A stretch of DNA of 58,639 nucleotides from Alphaproteobacteria bacterium (lineage in GTDB: Bacteria > Pseudomonadota > Alphaproteobacteria > UBA9219). Below, piece after piece: positions 37,329 through 47,931 of the stretch. A program made the translations under genes and the position numbers. Below the pieces are notes generated by a model. That model ran no database searches and was not told where the DNA came from. It saw nothing but the letters and a program-made list of their open reading frames with translations. Position 1 is the stretch's first letter, and the number at the start of each line of letters is the position of its first letter. The stretch lies in NCBI GenBank assembly GCA_028708035.1, contig JAQVZU010000003.1, positions 1 through 58,639 on the forward strand, read 5' to 3'.

Positions 37329-39101
37329 GTGTTCAGATTCCTCGTCAACTGTTTTGCGGTTATCGGATTTTTTATCGTCGCTCTTCTCGTCTGGGGCATG
37401 GTTACTGCTTTCCACGAGCAGAAGAGTTTGGTGCCGGAGCCACAAAACGTGGTTTTGACGATTGATTTCACGCAGCCGATTGTCGAGCAGAACGAATCGT
37501 CGCCGATTAGCTTCGCGATGGAGGACGAACCTGTCGTGCTGCTTGACCTGTTGACGGCTATCGACCATGCGGCGAAAGATCCCCATGTCAAGGGAATCGC
37601 GGCGAAATTCGGGGTTCATCAGCCTTCTATGGTTCACGCTCAAGAAATACGCGACGCCATCGCGAAGTTTAGGGAAAGCGGCAAATTCACTTATGCTTAC
37701 GGAACCGATTTCGGCGAATTCGGCCTTGGTAATCGGGCGTACTACCTGGCCAGCGCTTTCGAAAACATCTGGCTGCAGCCGGTAGGCTCCGTGAGCCTGA
37801 CGGGAGTTGGGCTTATGTCGCCGTTCGCCAAGGGGGCTTTGGACAAGATTGGAGTCACCGCCGACTATATGCAGCGCGAGGAATACAAGTCCTTCATGGA
37901 AATAGGGCAGCGCGAGGATTTTTCGCCCCCGGTGAAGGCCGAGATGCAGGCGATGGTGGATAACCTCTCGACGCAAATCGCTTTAGGAATTGCTTCCAGT
38001 CGCAAATGGGACATTGACCATGTAAAGGATCTTATGACGCGCGGGCCGTACACCGACGAAGAGGCCGTGCAGGAAGGACTTGTGACGAAGCTCGCCTATG
38101 CGGACGAGTTTGATGCGGAGATGGAGCGCAAGGCGGGAAAAGATTACGAAGAAGTCGATCCATTGGCGTATATGGCCTATCCCATCAACAAGGGCGATCC
38201 CTCGAAAGAAACCCAAGTCGCGCTGATCGTCGGAGCTGGCCTTATCATGGAAAAAGCGTTCGACGGCGGAGGCTTTGGCGAAGCGATCATGGGAGCCGAT
38301 ACGATCGCTGAAGCTTTTAATGACGCCGCAAGAAACGACGATGTGCGAGCGATTCTTTTTCGTGTCGATAGCGCCGGTGGGTCTCCGGCCGCGTCCGAAA
38401 CTATCCGGCGCGCGATGATCCATGCGCAATCAAAAGGCAAGCCCGTGATTGTTTCCATGGGCGAAACCGCCGCATCGGGCGGTTACTGGATTTCGATGAA
38501 CGGAGACAGAATCATCGCCGACAACGCGACGCTAACCGGCTCTATCGGCGTTGTGGCGGGGAAATTTGCCGCCGACGGGCTTTTGCAGAAGCTGGGTATC
38601 ACAACAGACAGCATTTCAACATCCCCTAACGCAGGGATGTGGAACGCCTATGCCCCGTTTTCGCCCGAGCAACGCGCCCGGGTCAATGCGCTTCTTGACG
38701 CGACATACAAGACTTTCGTCGGCAACGTATCTCAGGCGCGGAAGATTCCTCTTGAAAAAATGCCCGACATAGCCAAAGGGCGCGTATTTACAGGCGAGCA
38801 GGCATTGAAGGCTGGACTAGTCGATGCAGTTGGCGGCTATGACGTGGCGCTTAAGGAAATCAGGCAGGCGTTGAAGCTTGACGACAAGGCATTTTTGACT
38901 GTCGAATTATATCCCGTTCCTCCATCGCCGGTCGAACGAATCTTAAAGTTTCTGAAGAAGTTTGGGGCCGAGGGCGAGGCCGCTCTTTCGCTTGCCTCGA
39001 AGATGGGTAGAATAAACGCCTTTTTAGGAACTTACGTCGACTTTGCGTCGTTTACCGCGCCTCCGGTTTCGGCGCGCATGCAATTGGAGCGGGTTCAATG
39101 A
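37329..39101 (+). CDS. sppA: long-form signal peptide peptidase SppA
   Basis: Two S49 lobes; FRVDSAGGSPAASE, SMGETAASGGYWI, TGSIGV, AKGRVFTGEQA. Confidence 0.93.
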   Translation: MFRFLVNCFAVIGFFIVALLVWGMVTAFHEQKSLVPEPQNVVLTIDFTQPIVEQNESSPISFAMEDEPVVLLDLLTAIDHAAKDPHVKGIAAKFGVHQPSMVHAQEIRDAIAKFRESGKFTYAYGTDFGEFGLGNRAYYLASAFENIWLQPVGSVSLTGVGLMSPFAKGALDKIGVTADYMQREEYKSFMEIGQREDFSPPVKAEMQAMVDNLSTQIALGIASSRKWDIDHVKDLMTRGPYTDEEAVQEGLVTKLAYADEFDAEMERKAGKDYEEVDPLAYMAYPINKGDPSKETQVALIVGAGLIMEKAFDGGGFGEAIMGADTIAEAFNDAARNDDVRAILFRVDSAGGSPAASETIRRAMIHAQSKGKPVIVSMGETAASGGYWISMNGDRIIADNATLTGSIGVVAGKFAADGLLQKLGITTDSISTSPNAGMWNAYAPFSPEQRARVNALLDATYKTFVGNVSQARKIPLEKMPDIAKGRVFTGEQALKAGLVDAVGGYDVALKEIRQALKLDDKAFLTVELYPVPPSPVERILKFLKKFGAEGEAALSLASKMGRINAFLGTYVDFASFTAPPVSARMQLERVQ

Positions 39102-40210
39102 GCGATTCACTTCCCTGTATAGTCCTCGCTGCAGGCGGCACCGGCGGCCACATCTTTCCGGCGGAGGCTTTGGCCCGTGAGCTTCTCGGTCGTGGCTATC
39201 AGGTCGCCTTGATTACGGACAAACGTGGGGCGAGGTTTAGCGACGACTTGGACATTCCGGTCTATCGGGTCCGGGCCAGTTCCTTGGGGAAAGGGTTTAT
39301 CGGCAAGGTTATAAGCATTGCAGAAATGGGGATCGGCGTTTTACAGGCGCGATGGAAGCTTGCGAAGCTAAAGCCTGCCGCAGTCGTCGGGTTTGGGGGG
39401 TATCCTTCTGTCCCCGCGCTTTATGCGGCAACGCAGATGAACATCCCCATTGTGCTTCACGATCAAAACGCGCTTTTGGGGCGAGCCAATCTCGCCATGA
39501 TGGGCAAAGCGCGAGCCATCGCCACCTCGTTCCCTTCGGTCGGCGGCGTGAAAGCTTCGACGGACATGCAACTCGTTTATACGGGCAACCCGGTTCGCCC
39601 GGCCTTTGTCGCATTGCGGTCCCAGCCTTACCAGGCGCTTGGTGAAAGTGACCCTATGCGCATTCTCGTTTTGGGCGGAAGCCTTGGGGCGCGCGTGTTT
39701 AGCTATGTCGTGCCACAGGCCTTGGCTCTTTTGCCCCAAACGATGAAGCGCCGTATTGTCATCGCCCAGCAGTGCCGCAAGGAAGACCTGGAGGCCGCAC
39801 GTTCTGCCTATGCCGCCGCAGGGATCGATGCTGAACTTTCGACGTTCTTTTCGGACGTTCCTGACCGCATGGCCGAAGCCCATTTGGTGATTTGTCGCGC
39901 AGGCGGTTCGACTGTTGCCGAATTGACCGTTACAGGAAGACCGTCGATTCTGGTTCCTTATACGGGTGGGCATGCTGGCGAGCAAACCCGTAACGCCGAG
40001 GCAATTGCCGAAGCGGGCGGAGCATGGCTTATTCCCGAGTCTGCTTTCACGCCTGAGTCTTTAGCGGTAAGATTGGAGTCGGTTATGGCTTTGCCATCTT
40101 CTCTTACCAAAACAGCCGCTGCTGCGAGGGCCTTGGGAAAGGTATCGGCGGCAGATAACCTTGCGGACTGTGTTGAGGGGGCGATTAAGAGCTCAGCCAT
40201 AAAGGGTTAA
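39098..40210 (+). CDS. murG: MurG N-acetylglucosaminyltransferase
   Basis: AGGTGGHIFPA, GFGGYPS, HDQNA, TGNPVR, GGSLGA, RAGGSTVAE, QTRNA; ATGA overlap with sppA. Confidence 0.95.
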   Translation: MSDSLPCIVLAAGGTGGHIFPAEALARELLGRGYQVALITDKRGARFSDDLDIPVYRVRASSLGKGFIGKVISIAEMGIGVLQARWKLAKLKPAAVVGFGGYPSVPALYAATQMNIPIVLHDQNALLGRANLAMMGKARAIATSFPSVGGVKASTDMQLVYTGNPVRPAFVALRSQPYQALGESDPMRILVLGGSLGARVFSYVVPQALALLPQTMKRRIVIAQQCRKEDLEAARSAYAAAGIDAELSTFFSDVPDRMAEAHLVICRAGGSTVAELTVTGRPSILVPYTGGHAGEQTRNAEAIAEAGGAWLIPESAFTPESLAVRLESVMALPSSLTKTAAAARALGKVSAADNLADCVEGAIKSSAIKG

Positions 40211-40459
40211 GGGTAGGGGGGCGTCCTTCCCGCCTTTCGATAGCACTTAATATTTTTGAGATTTTTAAGGACAACTGCTGTCAAAGCGGAGGAGAAAATA
40301 CCGCCATTCGCGCTAATTTGGCCTATAAAAAGCCCATTCGGAAGGCAATTTCATTAACTCGTTTGGAGGTATTGCTTCTCATTGAAAAATACGGCATTTT
40401 CCGCAGCGCCGTATATAAAGGCGGCGTTCATAAAGCGAGAGCCAAAAAAGGACAATCCA

Positions 40460-42454
40460 ATGCCTATATCTGCTGCCGTTACTTGTGATCCCTCATTGAA
40501 AGACATGAGCAACGCTCTTCGCGCCTTGGCCATGGATGCCGTCGAGTGCGCAAAATCCGGTCATCCGGGCATGCCCATGGGAGTGGCAGACGTCGCGGCG
40601 GTTCTGTGGTCCAAATTTCTCCGCTTTGATTCCGAAAATCCGGCATGGCCCGACCGTGACCGCTTTATCATGTCTCCTGGCCACGCTTCCGCCCTTCTTT
40701 ATGCGCTGACGTACGTGACCGGCTTTAAAAAGATGACGATCGAGGCGATCAAGAATTTTCGCCAGCTCGGCAGCATCGCAGCGGGCCACCCCGAAGTCGA
40801 TCCCGAAATAGGCGTTGAGATTACCACAGGTCCATTAGGGCAGGGCGTTGCTCATGCGACCGGCTTTGCGCTGGCTGAGCGGATGTTAAACGCCCGCTTC
40901 GGAGACGATCTTGTCAACCACCGCACGTTTGTCATTACCTCCGATGGCGAAATGATGGAAGGCATTAGCCACGAAGCCGCGTCTCTCGCAGGCCACCTCA
41001 AGCTTGGCCGTCTTATCGTCTTCTACGACGACAATAAAATCTCCATCGACGGCCCCACATCGCTAACGTTTACCGAAGACGTTCAGGCCCGTTACCGTGC
41101 CTATGGTTGGCATGTGCAAACGGTCGATGGCCATGACTTTGCCGCTATCGAAGCTGCCACAAATGCCGCTTTAGCGGTGACGGATAAACCCTCGCTCATC
41201 GCCTGCCGCACGATCATCGGCTATGGCTCACCTAAAAAGCAGGGCACGTCCAGCTGTCACGGAGCCCCACTGGGCGCGGAAGAAGTCGCCGCTGCGCGCG
41301 CCCAACTCGGCTGGGCTCACGAGCCTTTCGTCGTCCCCGAGCCAATTTTGACCGCCTGGCGCAAAATCGGTGCGCGCGGCCATCAAGAGTACGTCGAATG
41401 GAAAAGACGGCTTGATGCGCATGAGAAGCGTGGTGCGTTCGAGATGATTCTGAAAGGCGACGTCACGGCAGAATGCGAAAAAGCACTCGCCGAAGTCAAA
41501 CGCAAGTTGGCCGAAGAAAAGCCGAAGCACGCGACCCGCAAATGCTCGGGCATTGTTTTGCAAGGGATCATGCCGACGCTTCCCGGCCTCATCGGAGGTA
41601 GCGCGGATCTTTCCGAGTCCAACAACACGCATGTTAAAGGCACGTCGGACATCGCTCCGTGCGACTACAGCGGGCGCTATGTTCACTGGGGCGTGCGCGA
41701 ACACGGCATGTGCGCGGCGATGGGCGGCTTGGCACTCCATGGCGGAATGATTCCTTACGGCGGTACGTTCTTCGTATTCACGGACTATTGTCGTCCGGCC
41801 ATTCGCCTTGCGGCCCTCATGCGGCAGCGAGTGATCTACATCATGACGCACGTCAGCATCGGCCTCGGCGAGGATGGTCCGACGCACCAGCCTGTCGAGC
41901 ATCTTGCTGCCATGCGCGCGATTCCCAATCTGTTGGTCATGCGCCCCTGCGACGGCATTGAAACCACTGAATGCTGGGAAATAGCCTTGAGGAGTAAGAC
42001 GCGCCCCAGCGTTATCGTCTTGTCGCGCCAGGGAGTCCCCACGATTCGTCAGAACACTGCCGAAAACATCTCGGTCAAGGGGGGCTATGTCCTAGCCGGA
42101 GAAGGCGAGAAGCGCGACATAACGATCATCTCGACCGGATCTGAAATATACCGCGCCATGGATGCGCGCAAACAACTGGCAGAGAAGGGCATCAAAGCTG
42201 CCGTGGTCTCGATGCCTTGTCTCGAACTTTTTGACGAGCAGTCAGAAGCCTACCGCGAAAACGTGTTAGGCTCGGTTCCGCGCATCGTGATTGAGGCGGG
42301 GATTCGCCAAGGTTGGGATCGCTATCTCGGTTGCAACGGAGCGTTCATCGGCATGACGGGCTTCGGCGCATCTGCGCCCGCCGAAAAGCTCTTTGAGCAT
42401 TTCGGAATCACCGCAGCGAAAGTCGTCGAGAAAGCACAGGAATTGCTGCGCTAA
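40460..42454 (+). CDS. tkt: transketolase
   Basis: SGHPGMPMG, DRDRF..GH, TTGPLGQG, GVREHGM, GEDGPTHQP; ATG at 40460. Confidence 0.98.
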   Translation: MPISAAVTCDPSLKDMSNALRALAMDAVECAKSGHPGMPMGVADVAAVLWSKFLRFDSENPAWPDRDRFIMSPGHASALLYALTYVTGFKKMTIEAIKNFRQLGSIAAGHPEVDPEIGVEITTGPLGQGVAHATGFALAERMLNARFGDDLVNHRTFVITSDGEMMEGISHEAASLAGHLKLGRLIVFYDDNKISIDGPTSLTFTEDVQARYRAYGWHVQTVDGHDFAAIEAATNAALAVTDKPSLIACRTIIGYGSPKKQGTSSCHGAPLGAEEVAAARAQLGWAHEPFVVPEPILTAWRKIGARGHQEYVEWKRRLDAHEKRGAFEMILKGDVTAECEKALAEVKRKLAEEKPKHATRKCSGIVLQGIMPTLPGLIGGSADLSESNNTHVKGTSDIAPCDYSGRYVHWGVREHGMCAAMGGLALHGGMIPYGGTFFVFTDYCRPAIRLAALMRQRVIYIMTHVSIGLGEDGPTHQPVEHLAAMRAIPNLLVMRPCDGIETTECWEIALRSKTRPSVIVLSRQGVPTIRQNTAENISVKGGYVLAGEGEKRDITIISTGSEIYRAMDARKQLAEKGIKAAVVSMPCLELFDEQSEAYRENVLGSVPRIVIEAGIRQGWDRYLGCNGAFIGMTGFGASAPAEKLFEHFGITAAKVVEKAQELLR

Positions 42455-42530
42455 GGCGTTAGAAATTTTTTTGTGCCGTTTGTGTCTTCCGGAGACACAC
42501 CCATAATGAATGTTAGCAGGAGGTTTTTCC

Positions 42531-43538
42531 ATGACCGTTCGCGTTTCCATCAATGGCTTTGGCCGCATAGGCAGGCTTGTTCTGCGAGCCATATTTGAAT
42601 CCAAGCGCAATGACATCGAAGTCGTCGCCATCAACGATTTGGCGCCTCCGGCGACAAACGCGCATCTGCTCAAGTACGACTCGGTGCACGGGCCATTTAA
42701 TGGAGACGTCTCAATCGACGGGGCGGACATGGTGGTCAACGGCAAGCGCATCAGGGTTCTTGAAAGCGCCGATCCGGGGAAGCTTCCATGGAAGGATCTT
42801 GGAATCGACGTGGCGATGGAATGTTCAGGCCGCTTTACCAAGCGCGATGACGCCTCCAAGCATCTGCTGGCGGGCGCAAAGAAAGTCCTCATCTCAGCTC
42901 CCGCGACGGACGAAGACATCACGGTGGTCTACGGTGTCAACCACAATGCGCTTAAGGCGTCGCACGTCGTCGTCTCCAACGCGTCGTGCACGACCAACTG
43001 CCTTGCCCCCGTTGCGTTCGTTCTTCATAACGCGATCGGAATCGAGCAGGGCTTCATGACGACGATCCACTCCTACACAGGCGACCAGCGCACGGTGGAT
43101 ACGGCGCACAAGGACCTGCATCGAGCACGCGCCGCAGCAATCAACATGATCCCCACCTCCACCGGAGCCGCCAAGGCTGTTGGCAAAGTGCTTCCAGATC
43201 TCAAGGGTAAACTCGACGGCGCGTCGATCCGCGTTCCCACGCCAAACGTCTCCGTCATCGACTTCAAGTTCACGGCAAAAAAGCCCACGACAGTCGAAGA
43301 GGTGAATAAGGCGATCTTGGCGGCTTCGACTGGGGCGCTTAAAGGCATCCTTGCGACGTACACCGATCCCTTGGTGTCGAGCGACTTCAATCACAACTTC
43401 CATTCGTCAGTCTTCGCTATCAATGAGACAAAAGTTATCGGCGGCACATTCGTCCGCGTGATGAGCTGGTACGACAATGAATGGGCCTTCTCGAACCGCA
43501 TGTCGGACACGGCTGTGGCGATGATGGAGGCGAAATAA
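42531..43538 (+). CDS. gap: type I glyceraldehyde-3-phosphate dehydrogenase
   Basis: [47 protein letters not shown]; AGGAGG SD before ATG 42531. Confidence 0.98.
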   Translation: MTVRVSINGFGRIGRLVLRAIFESKRNDIEVVAINDLAPPATNAHLLKYDSVHGPFNGDVSIDGADMVVNGKRIRVLESADPGKLPWKDLGIDVAMECSGRFTKRDDASKHLLAGAKKVLISAPATDEDITVVYGVNHNALKASHVVVSNASCTTNCLAPVAFVLHNAIGIEQGFMTTIHSYTGDQRTVDTAHKDLHRARAAAINMIPTSTGAAKAVGKVLPDLKGKLDGASIRVPTPNVSVIDFKFTAKKPTTVEEVNKAILAASTGALKGILATYTDPLVSSDFNHNFHSSVFAINETKVIGGTFVRVMSWYDNEWAFSNRMSDTAVAMMEAK

Positions 43539-43611
43539 CGAGAGCGGTTTAAAGTCGCCGCATCCCACATCGACTTTTTAACAGGAAGCGCCAAACAGCG
43601 CTTCCGGTTTT

Positions 43612-45432
43612 TTATTTCCTGTTTTGTGCGCTGTCGATCTTGGCTGCCTTTGCCGTATCGACCCACCATGTCTCGACAACCGGAAGCCCATATTTGGGCG
43701 AGACCTTCGGCTGCCCGAACTTGTCCCAATAAGCAATGCGATACGACCCCATATACCAATGAGGAATGACATAGTATTGCCACAGCAAAACGCGATCCAG
43801 CGCGCGACAAGCGGTCACAAGATCCCCGCGGCTTTCCGCATGAACGAGCTTGTCGATTAAAGCATCGACGACGGGATCGCGAACGCCAATCAGGTTTCGG
43901 CTTCCTTTGACGTCCACTTTGCTCGATCCCCACATATCGTATTGCTCATTCCCCGGCGACAGAGATTGAGGAAATACGGAAGTAATCATGTCATAATCGA
44001 AGTCGTTGACACGGTTCTGATACTGGGCAGAGTCGATAACTCTAAACGTCGCCTTGATTCCAAGCCTTTCCAGATTCCGTAACATCGGCTGAATCCAGCG
44101 CTCGAACATCGGCTGATATTCGAGAATTTCGAACGTGAATGGCGCGCCCTTCGCATCGACCAGAACGCCGCTTTTCATCGTCCACCCTGCATCTTTTAAA
44201 AGCTCAGCCGCCTTGCGCAGGTTATTGCGGTTTTCGCCGCTGCCATCCGTTTTCGGAAGCTCGAATGGCTTGGTGAAAACCTCCTCGGGAATCTTGCCGC
44301 GATAAGGCTCCAAAAGCTTCAGTTCCGCGGGCGAGGGAAGCCCCTTCGCCGCCAGCTCCGAGTTTTCAAAGTAACTCGCGGTCCGAGCATAAAGCCCATA
44401 GGCCAAATTTTTATTCGACCATTCGAAGTCGAACGCATATCCCAAGGCCTCGCGCACACGCTTGTCCTGAAATATCGGACGACGGGTATTCAGCACAAAC
44501 GCCTGCATCCCGACCGGAAGCTCGTTCCTGATCTCTTGCTTTTTGATAAAGCCCTTTTGGACGGCGGGCGTGTTGTAGTTCAAAGCCCAATTCTTTGCGA
44601 CGTTCTCATACCGATAATCATAGCGTCCGGCGAAAAAAGCCTCGGTCGCCACCGAAGAGTCCCGGTAATAATCGTAAACAATGCGGTCGAAATTAAACCT
44701 ACCCTTATTGACCGGCAAATCGGCAGCCCAATAATCCTTAACGCGCGCAAAGGTGATGGTCCGCCCCTGCGTGAAACTCTCAATTTTATAAGGCCCGCTT
44801 CCCATAATCTTGTCAAGCGTCGTCGCCGAAAAGTTTCTTCCCTTCCAGTCGCGCTTCGAAAGGATAGGCAGCTCCCCGATAATCATCGGAAGTTCAGTAT
44901 TTTTCCCGTCTTTAAAGGTGAATTTAACTTCATGCGGCCCCGTTTTTTCTGCCTTTGTAATATCTTTATAGTAACTGCGATACATCGGATGCCCCTTATC
45001 CCGCAGCGTTTCGAACGAGAAGATGACATCTTCAGGCGTAATCGGCGATCCGTCATGAAATTTCGCCTGAGGCCTGAGCTTATAGGAAATCCAAGTCCTG
45101 TCAGACGCGATGGCAATGCTTTCGGCAACCCACCCATATTCGCTGAATGGCTCATCGAGTGACTTTGTCGTGAGCGTTTCGAATGTCAGCCCTAAACCAT
45201 CCGCCGCGACGCCCTTAAGGGTGAAGGGGTTCAACGTGTCAAACGTTCCGATAGCGTCCAAATGCAAATTCCCGCCCTTGGGCGCATCGGGGCTCACATA
45301 ATCGAAATGCCTAAAGTCTGGCCCATAATGGGGATCGCCATGCAATGCAAGCCCATGCTTTGCTGGTTGCGCCTGAGCGGAGAACGAGAACAGCAACAGG
45401 CAAAAAACCACAGCTATCCTGGACAGATGCAT
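43612..45432 (-). CDS. ABC transporter solute-binding protein (YejA-like, family 5)
   Basis: HGLALHGDPHY..FRHFDYVSPDAPKGG, TFDTLNPF, GSGPY, SPGNEQ, DRVLLW..YVIP; start MHLSRIAV at 45432. Confidence 0.9.
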   Translation of the reverse strand: MHLSRIAVVFCLLLFSFSAQAQPAKHGLALHGDPHYGPDFRHFDYVSPDAPKGGNLHLDAIGTFDTLNPFTLKGVAADGLGLTFETLTTKSLDEPFSEYGWVAESIAIASDRTWISYKLRPQAKFHDGSPITPEDVIFSFETLRDKGHPMYRSYYKDITKAEKTGPHEVKFTFKDGKNTELPMIIGELPILSKRDWKGRNFSATTLDKIMGSGPYKIESFTQGRTITFARVKDYWAADLPVNKGRFNFDRIVYDYYRDSSVATEAFFAGRYDYRYENVAKNWALNYNTPAVQKGFIKKQEIRNELPVGMQAFVLNTRRPIFQDKRVREALGYAFDFEWSNKNLAYGLYARTASYFENSELAAKGLPSPAELKLLEPYRGKIPEEVFTKPFELPKTDGSGENRNNLRKAAELLKDAGWTMKSGVLVDAKGAPFTFEILEYQPMFERWIQPMLRNLERLGIKATFRVIDSAQYQNRVNDFDYDMITSVFPQSLSPGNEQYDMWGSSKVDVKGSRNLIGVRDPVVDALIDKLVHAESRGDLVTACRALDRVLLWQYYVIPHWYMGSYRIAYWDKFGQPKVSPKYGLPVVETWWVDTAKAAKIDSAQNRK

Positions 45433-45455
45433 GACGCACCCCCTATGGCATGTTT

Positions 45456-46217
45456 CTATTTCTTGCGGGTTTGCGCAAGATCGACGAGGTTTTGCCATCT
45501 ATAGGAAGACAGCAGGTGGGCATAAATGAGCCCAAGCCAGCCCTTCTTGCGCCACTGCAGAACGACGCTATCGGGCAGAGCGTCGAACTTCTTCGGGTCG
45601 ATAATCAGAAAGCCGCTTAACATAAAACGTGTCCCGTCCGGAGCCGTGATTTCAGCATTGTTCGGAACAAGCAGATCATGCTGCTTTAAAGCCTTCACAA
45701 ACTCGTCTGTAGCGTCGCCCTGCTGACGCAAAGCGGCACAAAACTCCATCGCGCTTTTGGTGAACTTGCTTGGCTCTTCTTTTTCAAATAAAGCGAATTC
45801 ACCATCTTCCTTAAGAAGCCCGCAGTTCTCGTCGATGCAAAGAACAAACTGCTTGTTTTCGGGGTCATCCATCAAAATGAAAGGGTACCGCCTGATGTAA
45901 GCCGGAAGGTAAGCCCCAGGAAGCCAAGCTCCATCCGGTCCCACGAACAAATTATTGTCGTTCTTAAGTCCTACCACAACGGCTGGAACGGGCACTTCTC
46001 CCGCAGCGAAAACGATGGGATAAAATGCGGCGGCCATCGGAAATTCGTTGACGAGCAGCGGAATGGCGTTTGTCTTCGAAGCGAATTCGAAATTGGTGGG
46101 GCGGTTAAGCTTCATATTAGCATCGCGCACACGGTCCAGCGGCCTTGGAGACGAATAGAACATCGGTAACGAAGCTTGCTGTTGGGTAGAAGATTGCGGG
46201 GGAGTCTTGTCGTTCAT
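45456..46217 (-). CDS. SapC family protein
   Basis: PMFYSSPRPLD, NAIPL..EF..AA..YPIVF, YLPAYIRRYPF, GWLGLIYAHLLS. Confidence 0.85.
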   Translation of the reverse strand: MNDKTPPQSSTQQQASLPMFYSSPRPLDRVRDANMKLNRPTNFEFASKTNAIPLLVNEFPMAAAFYPIVFAAGEVPVPAVVVGLKNDNNLFVGPDGAWLPGAYLPAYIRRYPFILMDDPENKQFVLCIDENCGLLKEDGEFALFEKEEPSKFTKSAMEFCAALRQQGDATDEFVKALKQHDLLVPNNAEITAPDGTRFMLSGFLIIDPKKFDALPDSVVLQWRKKGWLGLIYAHLLSSYRWQNLVDLAQTRKK

Positions 46218-46382
46218 GAGCCAACCCTATGAAAATGAATGAGTTGGAAATATATGGCAACGTTAAAAGGGTTGCAAGGAAAGCGTTGAAGAGCGACCAT
46301 CAGACATTCAGAGGATACGATTCGCGTGAAGCCCGCAAAATCGCGCAATAGCGTCCTCTATAAACCTAGCCATAAAATTCCG

Positions 46383-47531
46383 ATGCTTGTTACAACGACA
46401 AAACAACTTACCGATTTTTGCGCTCGTGAACGCGAAACCAGATTCATTACCGTCGATACAGAATTCATGCGCGAAAGGACCTTTTGGCCGAAAGTCTGTT
46501 TGATTCAGATCGGCGGCGCTCACGAAGCCGTCGCCATAGATCCATTGGCCGAGAACATTGACCTAAAGCCCTTGTTCGATCTCATGAGCGACCCCATGGT
46601 GCTCAAGGTCTTCCACGCGGCTCGCCAAGACGTGGAGATTTTCTATAACATGACTGGCGTTGTTCCCGCGCCGATGTTTGACACGCAGGTTGCTGCGATG
46701 GTCTGCGGTTTCGGCGAAGCCGCGAGCTACGAAACGCTGGCGGCGTCTCTGGCCAACGCGAGAGTCGATAAATCGAGCCGCTTCACGGACTGGGCGCAAC
46801 GCCCACTTTCTGACAAGCAACTTGCTTATGCGTTAGGCGACGTTACGCACCTGCGCGAGGTCTATCTCAAACTACAGGCGCGCCTTGAAAAGAATGGCCG
46901 CGTTTCGTGGGTTCGCGAGGAAGTGGAAGTGCTGACAAGCCCGGCCACTTACGCCTCGGATCCTCGCCAAGCATGGCGTCGCCTGAAGCTTCGCGCTGAA
47001 AAACCCCGTCTTCGCGCATTGGTGCAAGAACTGGCCGCATGGCGCGAAATCGAGGCCCAGCGCCACAACATCCCTCGCAGCCGCATTCTTCGTGATGAAA
47101 CACTGCTTGAACTAGCCTACCACCCCCCGCGCGCTTCCTCAGACCTTTCGCGCATACGTGGCTTTAACGCAGGTTTTGTGGAAGGCCGCCAGGGAACAGA
47201 GATTTTGAAAGCCGTGGCGACTGCTATGGAAGTTCCCCTGGAACAATGTCCTAAAGGGCAGGAGCGCCGCCCCGTCCCTCCGGGCTTGGGCCCTTCAGTT
47301 GATTTATTGAAAGTCCTGCTCAAGCAGGTCAGTGAAGAACACGGCGTTGCCGCCAAGCTGATCGCGACGACAGACGACCTTGAAGATCTCATGATAAACG
47401 ACGAAGCCGATATTCCAATTCTTCGCGGATGGCGGCGCGAGCTTTTCGGAGATTTGGCTTTGTCCCTCAAACGTGGCGAACTCGTTCTCGGCCTCAACGG
47501 AAAAAAAGTCGTGACGACTAAGAAGACCTAA
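46383..47531 (+). CDS. rnd: ribonuclease D
   Basis: VDTEFMRERTFWPKVCLIQI, FHAARQD, FDTQVAAM, TDWAQRPLS..QLAYALGDV, HRDC, GWRRELFG. Confidence 0.96.
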   Translation: MLVTTTKQLTDFCARERETRFITVDTEFMRERTFWPKVCLIQIGGAHEAVAIDPLAENIDLKPLFDLMSDPMVLKVFHAARQDVEIFYNMTGVVPAPMFDTQVAAMVCGFGEAASYETLAASLANARVDKSSRFTDWAQRPLSDKQLAYALGDVTHLREVYLKLQARLEKNGRVSWVREEVEVLTSPATYASDPRQAWRRLKLRAEKPRLRALVQELAAWREIEAQRHNIPRSRILRDETLLELAYHPPRASSDLSRIRGFNAGFVEGRQGTEILKAVATAMEVPLEQCPKGQERRPVPPGLGPSVDLLKVLLKQVSEEHGVAAKLIATTDDLEDLMINDEADIPILRGWRRELFGDLALSLKRGELVLGLNGKKVVTTKKT

Positions 47532-47535
47532 AAAC

Positions 47536-47889
47536 TTATTCCTTCTCCATAACACACTGAAGCGGGTGCTGAGCCTGCCTTGCGGCAGACATGACTTGTG
47601 CAACCTTTGTTTCCGCTATTTCGAAGGTAAATACGCCGCAAAGCCCGATTCCGGTCTTATGCACCTGCAACATGATGTCCGTCGCGTCTTGCCGCGATTT
47701 ATTGAACACGATCTCGAGAATCTGCACAACGAAATCCATCGGCGTGTAATCGTCGTTCAACAAAAAGACTTTGTACATGGAGGGTTTCTTTGTCATCGGG
47801 CGCGTTTTGACCGAGACATTGCCGCATGGTGTGGCAATATCCGGATCGCCTGGTTCTGCCGAGCCTCGAGGAGCTAGAAATAATGACAT
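47536..47889 (-). CDS. clpS: ClpS adaptor
   Basis: [36 protein letters not shown]. Confidence 0.95.
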   Translation of the reverse strand: MSLFLAPRGSAEPGDPDIATPCGNVSVKTRPMTKKPSMYKVFLLNDDYTPMDFVVQILEIVFNKSRQDATDIMLQVHKTGIGLCGVFTFEIAETKVAQVMSAARQAQHPLQCVMEKE

Positions 47890-47931
47890 GCCCGAAGTAT
47901 AGCGTCCTAAAACCATAAGTCCAACGAGAGC

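Noticed and set aside
41849-41857. Transketolase THVSIG instead of THDSIG
   Set aside because: A single substitution; the neighbouring His and GEDGPTHQ residues are intact.
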